This document shows positions 7,779-17,984 of a DNA stretch of 53,682 nt, in pieces (within the stretch, counting starts at the first letter, position 1; each line of letters opens with the position of its first letter). The translations under genes and the position numbers were made by a program. This DNA comes from a virus (lineage: Duplodnaviria > Caudoviricetes), in IMG/VR virus record IMGVR_UViG_3300031825_000171, positions 1-53,682 of that record. One strand, written 5' to 3'. Below the pieces are notes generated by a model. It ran no database searches and was not told where the DNA came from. It saw only the letters and a program-made list of their open reading frames with translations.

Positions 7779-9346
7779 GCAAGCTCCACGTTATCCACCT
7801 GCCACGTCTTAGTCGTCAGCGCGCTAAACGTCGCCGAAGCAGCCGTACCCCTTCCAACTTGGGAGAAGTTTTGATGGCTGATCCGGTCAACGAACGAAAA
7901 GCCTTGATTGAAGTAATTAGCACCACCGAAATAGATCGGACCACCGAAGTAAACTCCGGTATCGCTAGACGGCGGACCCTTGAGCGTCACACTGGCCGCA
8001 CTCGTGTTGTATTCGTCAGCCCAGTCAACAGAGACGCTAAAGCTCACTTCATTCATGCGACGATACTGAACATTCCCACGGGTTATATGTCGGACGTTAC
8101 TCTCGTAAAGTCGGGTCTTTCTTATAAGCTGAATGGACGATGCCCCAGCATCTCCACTCGTTCCTGTTCCGTTCATATCGAACACGCGCCCATCGGAAGC
8201 GCCGAAATAAACGGTTGTCTCAGTCGTTCCCGGCCGGCGCATGAACTTAGCTGCGGAAGTATTAAACCCAGCCGAGTCTTCTGTTCTGTAAACCGACCAC
8301 GGAGAAAGCTTCGCCCTTTCTCCCTTCTCGCCTATCAACGCACCAGAAAATAAGATGTCCTTGAACAGCACCAAGACTTTAGAAGTCAGGAAGAAAAATA
8401 CCTTCTGGTTCTGCTGGTCATAAATCGCTATGCAACCCGTTAGATTCTTAACCGTCGTCGGTATCCAACGTGATAAATCGTCAGCAGCCACATCGCCATA
8501 GTTTTGCGTCGAGACGAGGCTATCTATGTTCCCGCCTTTTTTCATGTACACGATGTCGTTGCCGGTCGATACCATGGATTCGGTACCAACCGCCTGAGAG
8601 CCGGGGTAGAAGTTGTCCCACTTGTAAGTACTGGGACTCGTCCCCGAGAGCTTGAACAGCGACCCCTCGACGGTGGAGATAATCAAGTCACCAGCTAAAG
8701 TCTTAGCGACCCCGTTTATGGGTCTAAGGTCTGGCGAAAGCATGTAAAACGCTTCCAGACCTGTGCTGAAAGACCCGCCGCCGTCTGTAGTTGGACCGCC
8801 TCTTTTCGTCGTGTCGTAGGAAGTCGGGTCTTCAAACGCGCTCGCCACCATCAAATGCGGCGTGTCACTTCCAGCGGTTACATTGAACAGCCACACCCTA
8901 CCGTTATGCACAATCCCGTATTTCGCATACAGGGTAGAGCCCAATCCAGTTGTGATTGCGCTAAAGGTCGTGCCGTCCCACTTGGAAACTGCTGTTAGCT
9001 TGGCAAGGTCCGTAATGACCAGATAATCACCAAGCGACCAGTATGTGTCTCTTAACTGAGATGAGGCATCACAACTTCCTTTGCTCGTCCACGTCGTAGA
9101 GCCATCCCAGAGATAGACCGTGTTACCAGACTGAACAAGCGTAGTTTCAGAGTCATTACGCTTAACGAGCTGCATGAGCCCTCGTATATCACCCGCATTC
9201 GTAGCCGTGCCTTTGAGGTCGACCGGCGCTCGAGGTATGAGCTTGTTAGAGTCTTTGGAAAGATCGAAGTTATAAGACCCAGAGGCAGCTTCGTTGATGT
9301 CAGGCTGTTGCTGCTCGTTAATACCCCCACCAAAGAATACTTTCAC
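7775..9346 (-). CDS. Tail nozzle/packaged-DNA stabilisation protein
   Basis: FGGG.N start, beta-rich 523 aa, synteny. Confidence 0.75.
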   Translation of the reverse strand: MKVFFGGGINEQQQPDINEAASGSYNFDLSKDSNKLIPRAPVDLKGTATNAGDIRGLMQLVKRNDSETTLVQSGNTVYLWDGSTTWTSKGSCDASSQLRDTYWSLGDYLVITDLAKLTAVSKWDGTTFSAITTGLGSTLYAKYGIVHNGRVWLFNVTAGSDTPHLMVASAFEDPTSYDTTKRGGPTTDGGGSFSTGLEAFYMLSPDLRPINGVAKTLAGDLIISTVEGSLFKLSGTSPSTYKWDNFYPGSQAVGTESMVSTGNDIVYMKKGGNIDSLVSTQNYGDVAADDLSRWIPTTVKNLTGCIAIYDQQNQKVFFFLTSKVLVLFKDILFSGALIGEKGERAKLSPWSVYRTEDSAGFNTSAAKFMRRPGTTETTVYFGASDGRVFDMNGTGTSGDAGASSIQLIRKTRLYESNVRHITRGNVQYRRMNEVSFSVSVDWADEYNTSAASVTLKGPPSSDTGVYFGGPIYFGGANYFNQGFSFVDRISHQNFSQVGRGTAASATFSALTTKTWQVDNVELA

Positions 9347-10050
9347 CTGTACACTGCCCCGTATCTACGGCAAGGGTTTTGCCCCTTGATGAGCTTAAGC
9401 AGCGTGGCATACGCAGTTTGATAAGTACGATCCTTTTCCAGTACCGCAGCGATATCAATCTCGTTTTTCACATCCTCCCAAGCGAACTTGAACCGACGCG
9501 AGCACATTTCCGTGAATGAGTAATTCTCTTCGTCGTTATGAAAAGGCAGGGTATCCGAAGAAGCGGAAACCATGACGGAACCCTCGTAATCGTATGTCCA
9601 CTGATCGCCGTTTTCAGAAGACGAAGGAACTTGAAAAAATCCAACCTTTTTAGTACTGGTCGGCTCCCAATAGAACCAAAGAGGATCGCCATATTGCGTG
9701 GCATAGTCGTAGTACGTAATTTGCAGACCTTCAAGACCGCCGGCATATTCGTAAATCTGCCGATTATCCGCAGCTCTGTAGAAATGCGGATACCCGTAAA
9801 AGCGGGTGAAGTCCGCTGCTAGAGCATACGTTCTCTGCTCAGTGACAAAGGTTACTGAGCCAGTCGTCTTTCTCTCGGAAGGGATAAGACGCTCGGCAAT
9901 CAACTTCACGAGTTCATCCTGAATCGCCACTACAGCGAGATTCAGCGATGCGTTGTGCTGCGTATCCGACAGGGTCAGGACTAAATCGGTATCCCCCCTG
10001 ATAATGGCGTTCTTACGCAGAATTCTGTTGATTGCCTCTAGCAATGTCAT
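9343..10050 (-). CDS. Head-tail adaptor (tail tubular A-like)
   Basis: MTLLEAINRILR start; Y.L..DF motif. Confidence 0.75.
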   Translation of the reverse strand: MTLLEAINRILRKNAIIRGDTDLVLTLSDTQHNASLNLAVVAIQDELVKLIAERLIPSERKTTGSVTFVTEQRTYALAADFTRFYGYPHFYRAADNRQIYEYAGGLEGLQITYYDYATQYGDPLWFYWEPTSTKKVGFFQVPSSSENGDQWTYDYEGSVMVSASSDTLPFHNDEENYSFTEMCSRRFKFAWEDVKNEIDIAAVLEKDRTYQTAYATLLKLIKGQNPCRRYGAVYR

Positions 10051-10340
10051 ACCATCTCCACGGTCCCGAACTTAGCCCTTAGCGCATCCAATAGAAGATG
10101 CTGCATACCCTGCCTGTTCTGCTGAGAGCCGAGCATCGTCCCGGTTATGTTTGTCTTGAATGTGAAGCTGTATTCGTTGCCGTCGATCCAGACGGACACG
10201 GCGATTTCGTTGCTTCTTTTTCGTGGGGCTTTGGGTTGCTGCGGTAGCTTGATTTCAGTTGTGGCTACAGCCTCTTGAATATCAGTCCTGCGCCCCGCCT
10301 TTGCTTCGTACCGCAGCCTTGCCTTATCGAACTCGGACAT
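10047..10340 (-). CDS. Hypothetical protein after capsid
   Basis: Second copy differs at 7 of 97 residues. Confidence 0.75.
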   Translation of the reverse strand: MSEFDKARLRYEAKAGRRTDIQEAVATTEIKLPQQPKAPRKRSNEIAVSVWIDGNEYSFTFKTNITGTMLGSQQNRQGMQHLLLDALRAKFGTVEMV

Positions 10341-10351
10341 AAAGCCCCATG

Positions 10352-10378
10352 AAAAAGGGGCTTACCGAAGCCAGCCCC
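10352..10378 (-). terminator. Terminator after capsid gene
   Basis: GGGGCT-GGCTTCGGTA-AGCCCC-TTTTT. Confidence 0.7.
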
Positions 10379-10392
10379 AGTTGAACTACGGA

Positions 10393-11475
10393 TTACAGCT
10401 TGCTTGCGCCGCTGCGGATTTTGCTGAGCCAGTTTCCGTTGAGAATCTCGCCGATCCACCACGATTTCCACGCGAGCGAACCAAACTCATTAAACGGATC
10501 AGCCGCACCCGACGAACCCGGCTTGTGGTAGATGATTTCCACCGCAGGCGGGTTTTTCGGGTTGTACATCTCGGCAGAGGTTGTCGCATGCGTGTTACCC
10601 AGACCCACCGAGCCGACCGCTTCCTTGCCGTAGATATACGTGCTGTAAACGTCGTTGAGGATACTGGACGCACCACGCAGACCCGTCGCCGTGGTCGTAC
10701 CGGCAGACGTAGAGACCGGGATTATCTCAGTCGAACACCAGCGAACCCCACCAACTGCACCGAATTCAAACGGCATGGTATCGGTGTAACCGCCGTACTG
10801 TTCGACAGGGATAAAGCCCGTCAGACCGCGAATGTCCTCTTCCACGTCAACATGCGCGATACCGTAGTAGCTCGCCCGCACCGGAGACGTCCCGATGTTG
10901 GTAGAGCCGTAGGTATCAGACGTGAACTTCATGGCACTGTTGCGATTAAGCTGGTTAACGGCGTACTTGATGTCTGTCAGCGTTATGGCTGAAGTCACGT
11001 TCGTATCCGCCGTTCCGCCACCAACGGCACCATTGGCGTAACGCACCAGGGAGGCGCCGGAGTAGATGGTCTCCATCAGCACGTTCAGCGACTCGCCCGC
11101 ATTCGCCCCCAACGTGTCCAGGAACTTGGCGGCACGCATGTTCATCTGCAGGAGGTCGATTTCTTCCGACAGGGCGATTGCATTGCCCTTCTTCAGAATC
11201 GTCGCCGTAACCGTGCTAATAGTCGGAAGGACCGTGCTACGGGTGGGGAGGGTCGTTGCGCCCGTCAACTCGCTAAGAGTCGCAGTTGCAACCGCCAGAT
11301 TGTCGATGCGCTCCCACTTAACAGAGGCTGTCGAGCCGTTCTTTTCCAACGTCCCCGCGAGAGTCCCGTTGTAGAATGGGAGTTTCTTGCGAGCCGCCGA
11401 AAGCAGGCCCTTCATCAACTGGAAATTAACGCCAAGAGCGACGTTAGATGCAGTGCTAGAAACGAGGTAAGGCAT
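10393..11475 (-). CDS. Major capsid protein, N4-gp56 family
   Basis: FIPVEQYG, EFGAVGGVRW, G.ADPFNE.GSLAWK motifs. Confidence 0.9.
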   Translation of the reverse strand: MPYLVSSTASNVALGVNFQLMKGLLSAARKKLPFYNGTLAGTLEKNGSTASVKWERIDNLAVATATLSELTGATTLPTRSTVLPTISTVTATILKKGNAIALSEEIDLLQMNMRAAKFLDTLGANAGESLNVLMETIYSGASLVRYANGAVGGGTADTNVTSAITLTDIKYAVNQLNRNSAMKFTSDTYGSTNIGTSPVRASYYGIAHVDVEEDIRGLTGFIPVEQYGGYTDTMPFEFGAVGGVRWCSTEIIPVSTSAGTTTATGLRGASSILNDVYSTYIYGKEAVGSVGLGNTHATTSAEMYNPKNPPAVEIIYHKPGSSGAADPFNEFGSLAWKSWWIGEILNGNWLSKIRSGASKL

Positions 11476-11509
11476 TATTATTTTTCCTTATGAGCCTACC
11501 GCAAAACTT

Positions 11510-12208
11510 TTAGAGCGTGCCGCGTCCTATGTAGGATTGCCATTCCTTGTCGAAAGCCGCGCCGGTTTTACCCGCAAAGCGGTCTTCTTCTGGATTGGTC
11601 TGTTTTGTGGTGGCCGATGATTGTTGTGCTTGTTTTAAGGCCTTCTGATTCTCTGCAAGCTGCGGGTCGACACGGACAGAAAACTTCTTCTGTAGCTGCT
11701 CGCCCATCGCCTTCGTCGCCGCATTCCACGCCTTCTGGTTTTGATGACGTTTTTGGTAAATCGCGGCAAACTTCGGGTCGTAACGAACCTGCTTCGCCAG
11801 TGCAAACTCGATCAAGTCCGCATCGGCTTCTGGTAGACCAACAACCTTATTGATATAAGAGACCAGCGTTTTGACTTCTTCAGCTTCGCGCCGGTTGATT
11901 TCCGCGACCGCTAATTGCCGCTGGAAAGCCTCCATACTCGCGAGCTTCTTCTGAATTTCGCCGGATTGCGCCGCTTGCCACGTCTTGAACCCCGCAGGGT
12001 CTAGAACGGGATCGGGAATAGCAGGCATCGCTTGCGCCGCTTGTTGCGGCTGTTGGTACTGCTGTTGCGGTGCTTGCTGCGGCTGGAACGACTGCGCCTC
12101 CGCTTCTACGTTGAACTCGCTGTAAACCTGCTCCAGCGTGTTTTCTGTCTGCGGGGCTTCGGTGCTAGCGGGTTGCTCAGTGCTAACCTGCTGCTCTTGC
12201 TCTGCCAT
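11510..12208 (-). CDS. Scaffolding protein
   Basis: Acidic Gln-rich helical protein upstream of capsid. Confidence 0.7.
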   Translation of the reverse strand: MAEQEQQVSTEQPASTEAPQTENTLEQVYSEFNVEAEAQSFQPQQAPQQQYQQPQQAAQAMPAIPDPVLDPAGFKTWQAAQSGEIQKKLASMEAFQRQLAVAEINRREAEEVKTLVSYINKVVGLPEADADLIEFALAKQVRYDPKFAAIYQKRHQNQKAWNAATKAMGEQLQKKFSVRVDPQLAENQKALKQAQQSSATTKQTNPEEDRFAGKTGAAFDKEWQSYIGRGTL

Positions 12209-12220
12209 GTGAACTCCAAT

Positions 12221-12242
12221 AAAAAAGGCCCCGAAGGGCCTT
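12221..12242 (-). terminator. Rho-independent terminator
   Basis: AAGGCCC-TTCG-GGGCC-TTTTTT. Confidence 0.75.
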
Positions 12243-12261
12243 GTGGTTGGGTAAAGCTGTG

Positions 12262-12465
12262 TTACTTGCCGGTTAGCAACTTAAAGAGAAGGTCGAAACC
12301 ATCCTGCCGGCCGGATTGATATTTAAGTTCCTCGATAACAGCGTTGTTCGCCTCTATTGAACCAGCGGGGCGGTAGGCTGGAACCACCGGACGGCTTTTG
12401 TGCATTGCGTCCATGATTTCCTGAAACTCCCTCGTTTCCCGCAACTGCTTTAACAGTTCCTTCAA
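12262..12465 (-). CDS. Small head-module protein
   Basis: Coupled to portal; Y.SGRQ.G motif typical of post-portal genes. Confidence 0.65.
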   Translation of the reverse strand: MKELLKQLRETREFQEIMDAMHKSRPVVPAYRPAGSIEANNAVIEELKYQSGRQDGFDLLFKLLTGK

Positions 12466-14492
12466 GCGGTCTCCTTGCTAGTGGCGGCTTCCTGCATCGC
12501 CTGTTCCGGTATCTGTTGAGCTTCAATGAGTGTCTTAACGGTCTGCGCTTCGATAAGGTCAATCTCAGCAGCGGCTTTCTTTGCAGCTAAAACTTGCTCG
12601 CGACTCTGACCGGCCATGTCCGATTGCATCTCAACAGAACTCTTACGGGCGTCTACTTGCAATTCAGCAACCGCAAGTTTCTCCGTGGATTGCAACTCGG
12701 CTGCAGCGATCCTCTCTCTCGACTGAATCTCTGCGGCCTTCACCTGAGCGCCCGACTTAAGCTGCTGGTTCTCAGTCTGCAATTGCTGCATCGCCTGCTG
12801 CATCTGCTGCAATTGCTGTTGAACCTCAGGCGGTATCTGCGGGCCTTCGTCCACTTGAACGAACTGCTCCGGATTTTTAAGCCCCGCGTCCCGATAAGTC
12901 TGGAGCATGATGTCAGTGGCTTTAAGCTTCGGCGCAAACAGCGGGCTTCCCGAGAAAAACGCAGTAGCAGCCCCGACTCGCTGAGTCCTCTGTTCTTCAC
13001 CCAGGAGACCGCGAGAGCCGACGACATCGAAGTGCGCGTTAGCCTGAATGTCCTTATTCGTCGCCCGTATGAAGTCAGGCGTAGACATTTCGGAGTTATA
13101 GAACGTGTACTCCGTCATGTTCTTTCGGTTAAGCTCGTGCTGCATATAAAGCCACGGCCTTAACCCGCCTTCTTCCAGCATTCCAACAAACCCAACCGTG
13201 CGAACCTCCGCGCCTTGCTGAGTCTTGTTAACTTCTGTGGCCGTCTGCCGATCGGAATTCACAACCCCGGTACGCAGGGAAGAAACGCCGGTTCCCTCCT
13301 GCATCTGGCGCAAGCCCATTTGCAACGCCTCAAGCGCCCATTTCGGATCACCTATATCAAGAACGGTCATACCCTTGCCCATACTTTTGGTCGGCGTCTT
13401 TGCTCCGGGGGCAATCGTCGGTCCATCGTTAGCAACATAATCAGGATCATTACCGTCATACTCAACAGGCGGCTGGACTTTGAGGGCAGAAGCGTCAATA
13501 AAGTTATTGGCAGAGATAGTCGTTATCTTCTGCATCGGAGACTGCTTAATGATAGGCGACGTATAGTATGGGTCGCGGATATCCTGCCTCTCATAGCCTC
13601 CGTATATTATGGAAGGGTAAGGAAGCTCATTCGGAGCCATGTAGACAATGACGCCGTTCGCAAGGATCGCAAACGAGTTGGGGAAATACATATCCCCGTC
13701 GTCTCGATCGATGTTCAGATCGCCGTACCACTTCGTCAGCTTTACGTCTTTGGTCTGAACCTCCCCGTTCTTGTGTTCCTCGTCGGGGATCTTGGAAAGG
13801 CGGTTGGGCATCCAACCGTTACCCTTTGCAATCCTCTTCAGTTTCCACAGCGGCATGTACTCATTGATAAGCATCGACCCCGTATAGAACAGGTTCGTTC
13901 CGATCACCGATGGAGATTGATCGGGGTAGGCATTCCACATCGAGACGGGTTGCCATACTGGAGCAGAGACTTGCTTAAGCTTCTGCCCGTCATACACCAT
14001 CATCTCTTTGGCGAACTTAGCTTCCGCCACAAACCCGCCGTGGTGCAGGGCTTCTTTAACCGAAAGACGAAAGCGCCCCTTAAAGCCGAAGTCCTTGTGT
14101 TGCTGCACCATGAGAGAACGCAACAGACCATCGGCAATACGCTGCTTCTGCTCGGGTACGCGGGTCTGCCCCATTTCCTTGTTTAGTTCTACGTGCGGCT
14201 CGAACCAGTTCTCATCCGGGAACGTAATACGCATTACGTCATCGGTTATGATTTCCGAAGCCTTGGAGAGCTCACCAAGCTCAAAAGCAGACTGCCACGC
14301 AGCCTCTACAGGCATACCCGGCGTGACCTTCTGCAACGGGTTCATGGCGATTTGGCGGTCAACCTCCCTCCACTTTTCTTCGTGGTTTTTGCGGAATTGC
14401 GACTTCGACCGCGTGGAAAGCTCGTCGTTGATATACGTTTCGAGCTTCTTCCAGTCCGCAGAAACGATCCGCCTATTTTTAGGTTCAGCCAA
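12462..14492 (-). CDS. Portal protein (P22-like)
   Basis: Follows terL; RQTATEV motif; Gln-rich C-terminal coiled coil. Confidence 0.88.
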   Translation of the reverse strand: MAEPKNRRIVSADWKKLETYINDELSTRSKSQFRKNHEEKWREVDRQIAMNPLQKVTPGMPVEAAWQSAFELGELSKASEIITDDVMRITFPDENWFEPHVELNKEMGQTRVPEQKQRIADGLLRSLMVQQHKDFGFKGRFRLSVKEALHHGGFVAEAKFAKEMMVYDGQKLKQVSAPVWQPVSMWNAYPDQSPSVIGTNLFYTGSMLINEYMPLWKLKRIAKGNGWMPNRLSKIPDEEHKNGEVQTKDVKLTKWYGDLNIDRDDGDMYFPNSFAILANGVIVYMAPNELPYPSIIYGGYERQDIRDPYYTSPIIKQSPMQKITTISANNFIDASALKVQPPVEYDGNDPDYVANDGPTIAPGAKTPTKSMGKGMTVLDIGDPKWALEALQMGLRQMQEGTGVSSLRTGVVNSDRQTATEVNKTQQGAEVRTVGFVGMLEEGGLRPWLYMQHELNRKNMTEYTFYNSEMSTPDFIRATNKDIQANAHFDVVGSRGLLGEEQRTQRVGAATAFFSGSPLFAPKLKATDIMLQTYRDAGLKNPEQFVQVDEGPQIPPEVQQQLQQMQQAMQQLQTENQQLKSGAQVKAAEIQSRERIAAAELQSTEKLAVAELQVDARKSSVEMQSDMAGQSREQVLAAKKAAAEIDLIEAQTVKTLIEAQQIPEQAMQEAATSKETA

Positions 14493-14494
14493 AT

Positions 14495-15955
14495 TTAGCC
14501 CCAGTTCGTAGCGCCTCTAGCAACGTGGCGTTTTGGTCTTTTTATTGTTTCGGTGCGCGCGTGACGCAGCATCATATGGGCGTAGCGGGATGCGCTTATC
14601 AAGTCGTCCCTGAGCTTCACGAGCCTCATTTGCTCGTCACGGTGATACGTCCTCTGCTCCTGCAGCCATTGCCGACAGGTGCTAAAAACCTTCCATCGCC
14701 CCGTCTCCATACGCTCAAACATGGCAAGAATGGAGGCCTCTACAGAATTCCCGCCCTCCCCCTCTTTTTGCCCCTGCTTGGGGTCCGGAGGGTTGGTCGC
14801 CTTGGCGGGAAGCATGTTCAGGCCCTCTTTCGAGTACGCCTTTACTAATTCGTCGCCGGTGCCCTTCTCTGTGTTCAATCCGTCGTGCGGCCAGGCGGTC
14901 GGAATCCACGCCCCCCAAGGCTGTATAGCGGCAGCGTGTATAGCCGGTATCGCCCTTGATTCCCGATACTCCGCGACAAGATAAACAACGTCTGCGTCAC
15001 GGTCCCACGCGAGGCTCGCCGCGGCTGCGGGATGGTCCCAACCAAAGTCGATACCGTTGATGCGCGGCCAGTGCCTTGGAATTTCGAAAGGATCGATAAC
15101 GAGCGATTCTTCGGTAAACGGGAACACCAGACCCCTTCCGTAAGAGGGAACGCCCCTGCGCCGCATTTCTCGTTCGTGAGCAGGGAAACCAGACTCCAAT
15201 TGCTTAGCTTCTTCGGTTAACTGACCGTCCTTAACCAAGTGCCCCGCGTCATCCCAGGAAGCTTGTATAAGCGCCTGCCCGGGGCCGATGTGGTTCATGA
15301 AGTTGTTCACCACTTCGGTTAATCCAGACTCCGGCGTGAACGTGATGTAGAGAATCCCGTTCATGGAAATCGTCGCCCGCAAGTACTGCGACCAAATATC
15401 CTGCGGCGGCTCTTCGTCTAGCCATCCAAGGTGAATACGATGGCCCATGTGTTTCTTCGCCCCCTGCTCATAAGCGCGAAACATGAGCTTCGACCACCCA
15501 CCGGAGACATGCTTAACCAGCACCGTGTCGTAAGCATTCGGCACCCCGGGCTTTGAAGTCCGCTTGCCGATGCAATCAACAGGGATCGTTCCAGATCCCA
15601 AAGCTTGGGGTTCGTTAGGGTCGCCAAATAGCGTTTTCTGGCAGATGTCCCTAACCGCTTCGTTCGTCATGCCCCCGATCATTGCGACTATCGGATGCTT
15701 AAATCTGTGACCGTCCCACCAATCCGGATATCTTCCAGTTGCGTGTATCGCCGTCTCGAAACCGCCGCACCAGGTCTTGCCAGTACCATTCCCCGCCATC
15801 AAAACCCGTTGCGCAGCGGGCTTGTCTGTCTGGTGACCCTTAGCGTTGTGAAACTGCTTCTGATACTGATAGGGCGCGTAATATTCGAGACGGTGATACT
15901 TTCGTCGCCTCTCCATCAATAGGACTAGGCGGGCTAATTCCTCTTGGGGATTCAA
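14495..15955 (-). CDS. terL: Terminase large subunit
   Basis: AGNGTGKT Walker A, WLDEEPP Walker B, GIDFGWDHP, DDLISASRY. Confidence 0.95.
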   Translation of the reverse strand: MNPQEELARLVLLMERRRKYHRLEYYAPYQYQKQFHNAKGHQTDKPAAQRVLMAGNGTGKTWCGGFETAIHATGRYPDWWDGHRFKHPIVAMIGGMTNEAVRDICQKTLFGDPNEPQALGSGTIPVDCIGKRTSKPGVPNAYDTVLVKHVSGGWSKLMFRAYEQGAKKHMGHRIHLGWLDEEPPQDIWSQYLRATISMNGILYITFTPESGLTEVVNNFMNHIGPGQALIQASWDDAGHLVKDGQLTEEAKQLESGFPAHEREMRRRGVPSYGRGLVFPFTEESLVIDPFEIPRHWPRINGIDFGWDHPAAAASLAWDRDADVVYLVAEYRESRAIPAIHAAAIQPWGAWIPTAWPHDGLNTEKGTGDELVKAYSKEGLNMLPAKATNPPDPKQGQKEGEGGNSVEASILAMFERMETGRWKVFSTCRQWLQEQRTYHRDEQMRLVKLRDDLISASRYAHMMLRHARTETIKRPKRHVARGATNWG

Positions 15956-16033
15956 TCTTTTCCAATTCCAGGATTACAGGGCGCAACATCGGGTCCAAGT
16001 CGGGAAACTGCACGATTAGGCTGTAGAGCATGC

Positions 16034-16567
16034 CTATCGCAGCTTGCAGCGGTGTCCCTTGGGCTTGTTGTGCATAACGAGCGGGCAAATCATTTCTCCC
16101 TCTACCTTGTCCCGAATGTCGCAAATAATCGTTTTCGCTTTGACTCGGTAAGTCTCTAGCGGGTAATGCCAGCCCCAGGACAATAGAGAGATAACCAAAT
16201 CCGCCTCTATGTCCTGAGTGCCGATGTCATACCAGCGGTCTACCGTCACACCGTTGGAAGCAAGGAACGCGGTAGCAACCTCTCGATTGCTAAACGGCTT
16301 CATGTCCTTCTCGAAACCTCCGCGCCAATCCTCTTTTGGGCCGTCACCATCAAGCAGGTATAACTTCGCGTCGGGATATTTCCGCTTGAGCAGAATGTCT
16401 ATCCCCGCCATGCCGCATCCGATGTCCAGGATGCTTTCGCACGATTCGGGCAAGTGCGGCTCTATGCCGGCAAAGTCATCCCGCAGGCTTTTTATGTACT
16501 CGTCACCGTCTTTGGTGTGCGTGCGGTGTAACGCGACCCACTCAAGAACCTCGGGCGATAGCTTCAA
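16034..16567 (-). CDS. Class I SAM-dependent methyltransferase
   Basis: ILDIGCGMAGID; DLVISLLSWGWHYP. Confidence 0.85.
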   Translation of the reverse strand: MKLSPEVLEWVALHRTHTKDGDEYIKSLRDDFAGIEPHLPESCESILDIGCGMAGIDILLKRKYPDAKLYLLDGDGPKEDWRGGFEKDMKPFSNREVATAFLASNGVTVDRWYDIGTQDIEADLVISLLSWGWHYPLETYRVKAKTIICDIRDKVEGEMICPLVMHNKPKGHRCKLR

Positions 16568-17192
16568 GGATGATGTCTGCGTGCTGTTGTTGAATATGCG
16601 ACGTGTCAGACAAAAGCTTCATTGCTTTAGCGCCGGCTCCGTTCACCCTTGCTCTTTGGTACGTCTCGTCGGACTCCGACTTCCCGTACTTGAAATGCAA
16701 ATGTTCTACTTCCACGTCTTTAACCTGGATCAGCCGGCCGCACTTTTTTGCAACCTCAGAAACCCAGCCATCAGGCCCGAAGTGAGCAAAGATGTCAGGC
16801 CATGGACCGATAAGCTTTACCCACTTCATCGACATAACGAAGTGATTGCAATTCTGCTTCGCGTGGTCCGTGCCGTAGACGATAGCCAGATCATCCTTCG
16901 GCATCTCGTTTAGAAGCTTTTCATCCCAATCCCGAGTTCTAAACTCGATGTCATCCGACCCGATCATGAAATAGGGCGTCTCGACCTTCGCAATCATGGA
17001 CAGGAGAGCTTTAGAACTCCCCACCGATAGTCCTATCGTGACGCCCTCGTATTCATCCTTCTTCGGGTCGTCCTCATCCACATACGACATCAGGTGAAAC
17101 GGATTGCGAGCGGTCCTTAGAGCGGAATCCACAGCGTTTCTAAACCGCTTCGGTCGTCCTCTTGTCGCAATGAGTAGCGATAGCCTCAACAA
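16542..17192 (-). CDS. Glycosyltransferase, GT2/GT-A-like
   Basis: SLLIATRGRP, VDEDD, MIGSDD, HLH. Confidence 0.8.
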   Translation of the reverse strand: MLRLSLLIATRGRPKRFRNAVDSALRTARNPFHLMSYVDEDDPKKDEYEGVTIGLSVGSSKALLSMIAKVETPYFMIGSDDIEFRTRDWDEKLLNEMPKDDLAIVYGTDHAKQNCNHFVMSMKWVKLIGPWPDIFAHFGPDGWVSEVAKKCGRLIQVKDVEVEHLHFKYGKSESDETYQRARVNGAGAKAMKLLSDTSHIQQQHADIILEAIARGS

Positions 17193-17892
17193 CCATCTCC
17201 GGGGTTATGCGCTCCAAAGCCTGTCTACAATGAAGGCAGGGTGTTATGGATCCGCAGAAGTAAGATGCTTTGCACAGGTTGGTATGCGAGTCGTAGCCCA
17301 AGGTGTTAGGTCCGACCAATCCGCCCCACACCACGACAGCCGGCTTTCCTAAAGCAGCCGCCGCGTGGTGCATCCCTCCGTCCGTGCCTACAAATAAAAA
17401 AGCCCTCGATAAGAGGGCACAGGCGTCGCGGAATGACCGCGTTTCAAGCTGTCGGACGTTTCTTAGTCGCCGTCCTTTACCTTGAATCCACCTAATATCT
17501 GGAAGTGAATCGACAACCTTTTGCCAGTTGTCGAAGCCCCAATCCTTGTTTCCACCGAACGAGCCTTTAGTGTTCGGCTCGATATAAACGAAATCTGACT
17601 CAGACCATCGAAGCTCACCGGGAGAAAAGTAAATCTCTCCAGGTTCAGCCTTAAACGGCTTCCACGCCATACGTTCTCTCGTCGTCTTGGCATAGTCGAT
17701 ATACGGTCTGTTTCCCTTAATCGTCTTGACCCACACCCCATCGGGAACAATCTTCTTCGATATACGAGGGTTGTGGTCAAAGACTTCCGACCACTTGATC
17801 GAACCACCGTCCCCGACCATGACGGGCTTTCCGGTCTTTAAATGCGCCTTCCTGACAATCGCCGTAACTAGGATTTCGTCGCCGTATCCGAT
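17140..17892 (-). CDS. Glycosyltransferase, GT9-like; probable ATC start
   Basis: GYGDEIL at extended N-terminus; NKDW, FVGTDGGMHHAAAALGKPAVVVWG. Confidence 0.85.
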   Translation of the reverse strand: MGYGDEILVTAIVRKAHLKTGKPVMVGDGGSIKWSEVFDHNPRISKKIVPDGVWVKTIKGNRPYIDYAKTTRERMAWKPFKAEPGEIYFSPGELRWSESDFVYIEPNTKGSFGGNKDWGFDNWQKVVDSLPDIRWIQGKGRRLRNVRQLETRSFRDACALLSRAFLFVGTDGGMHHAAAALGKPAVVVWGGLVGPNTLGYDSHTNLCKASYFCGSITPCLHCRQALERITPEMVVEAIATHCDKRTTEAV

Positions 17893-17949
17893 GGCTTAAC
17901 CTCTAACTTCGTTCCGCAAAACGGGTTCCTGCTTTCCATTTTCGACCCC

Positions 17950-17984
17950 AAAAATGAAACACCCCCTTTTTACGGGGGGTGTTT
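17950..17984 (-). terminator. Terminator-like hairpin inside GT cluster
   Basis: AAACACCCCCC-GTAAAAA-GGGGGTGTTT-CATTTTT. Confidence 0.6.

Noticed and set aside
13215-14186. 323-aa + strand ORF
   Set aside because: Antisense shadow of the portal gene with no protein-like motifs
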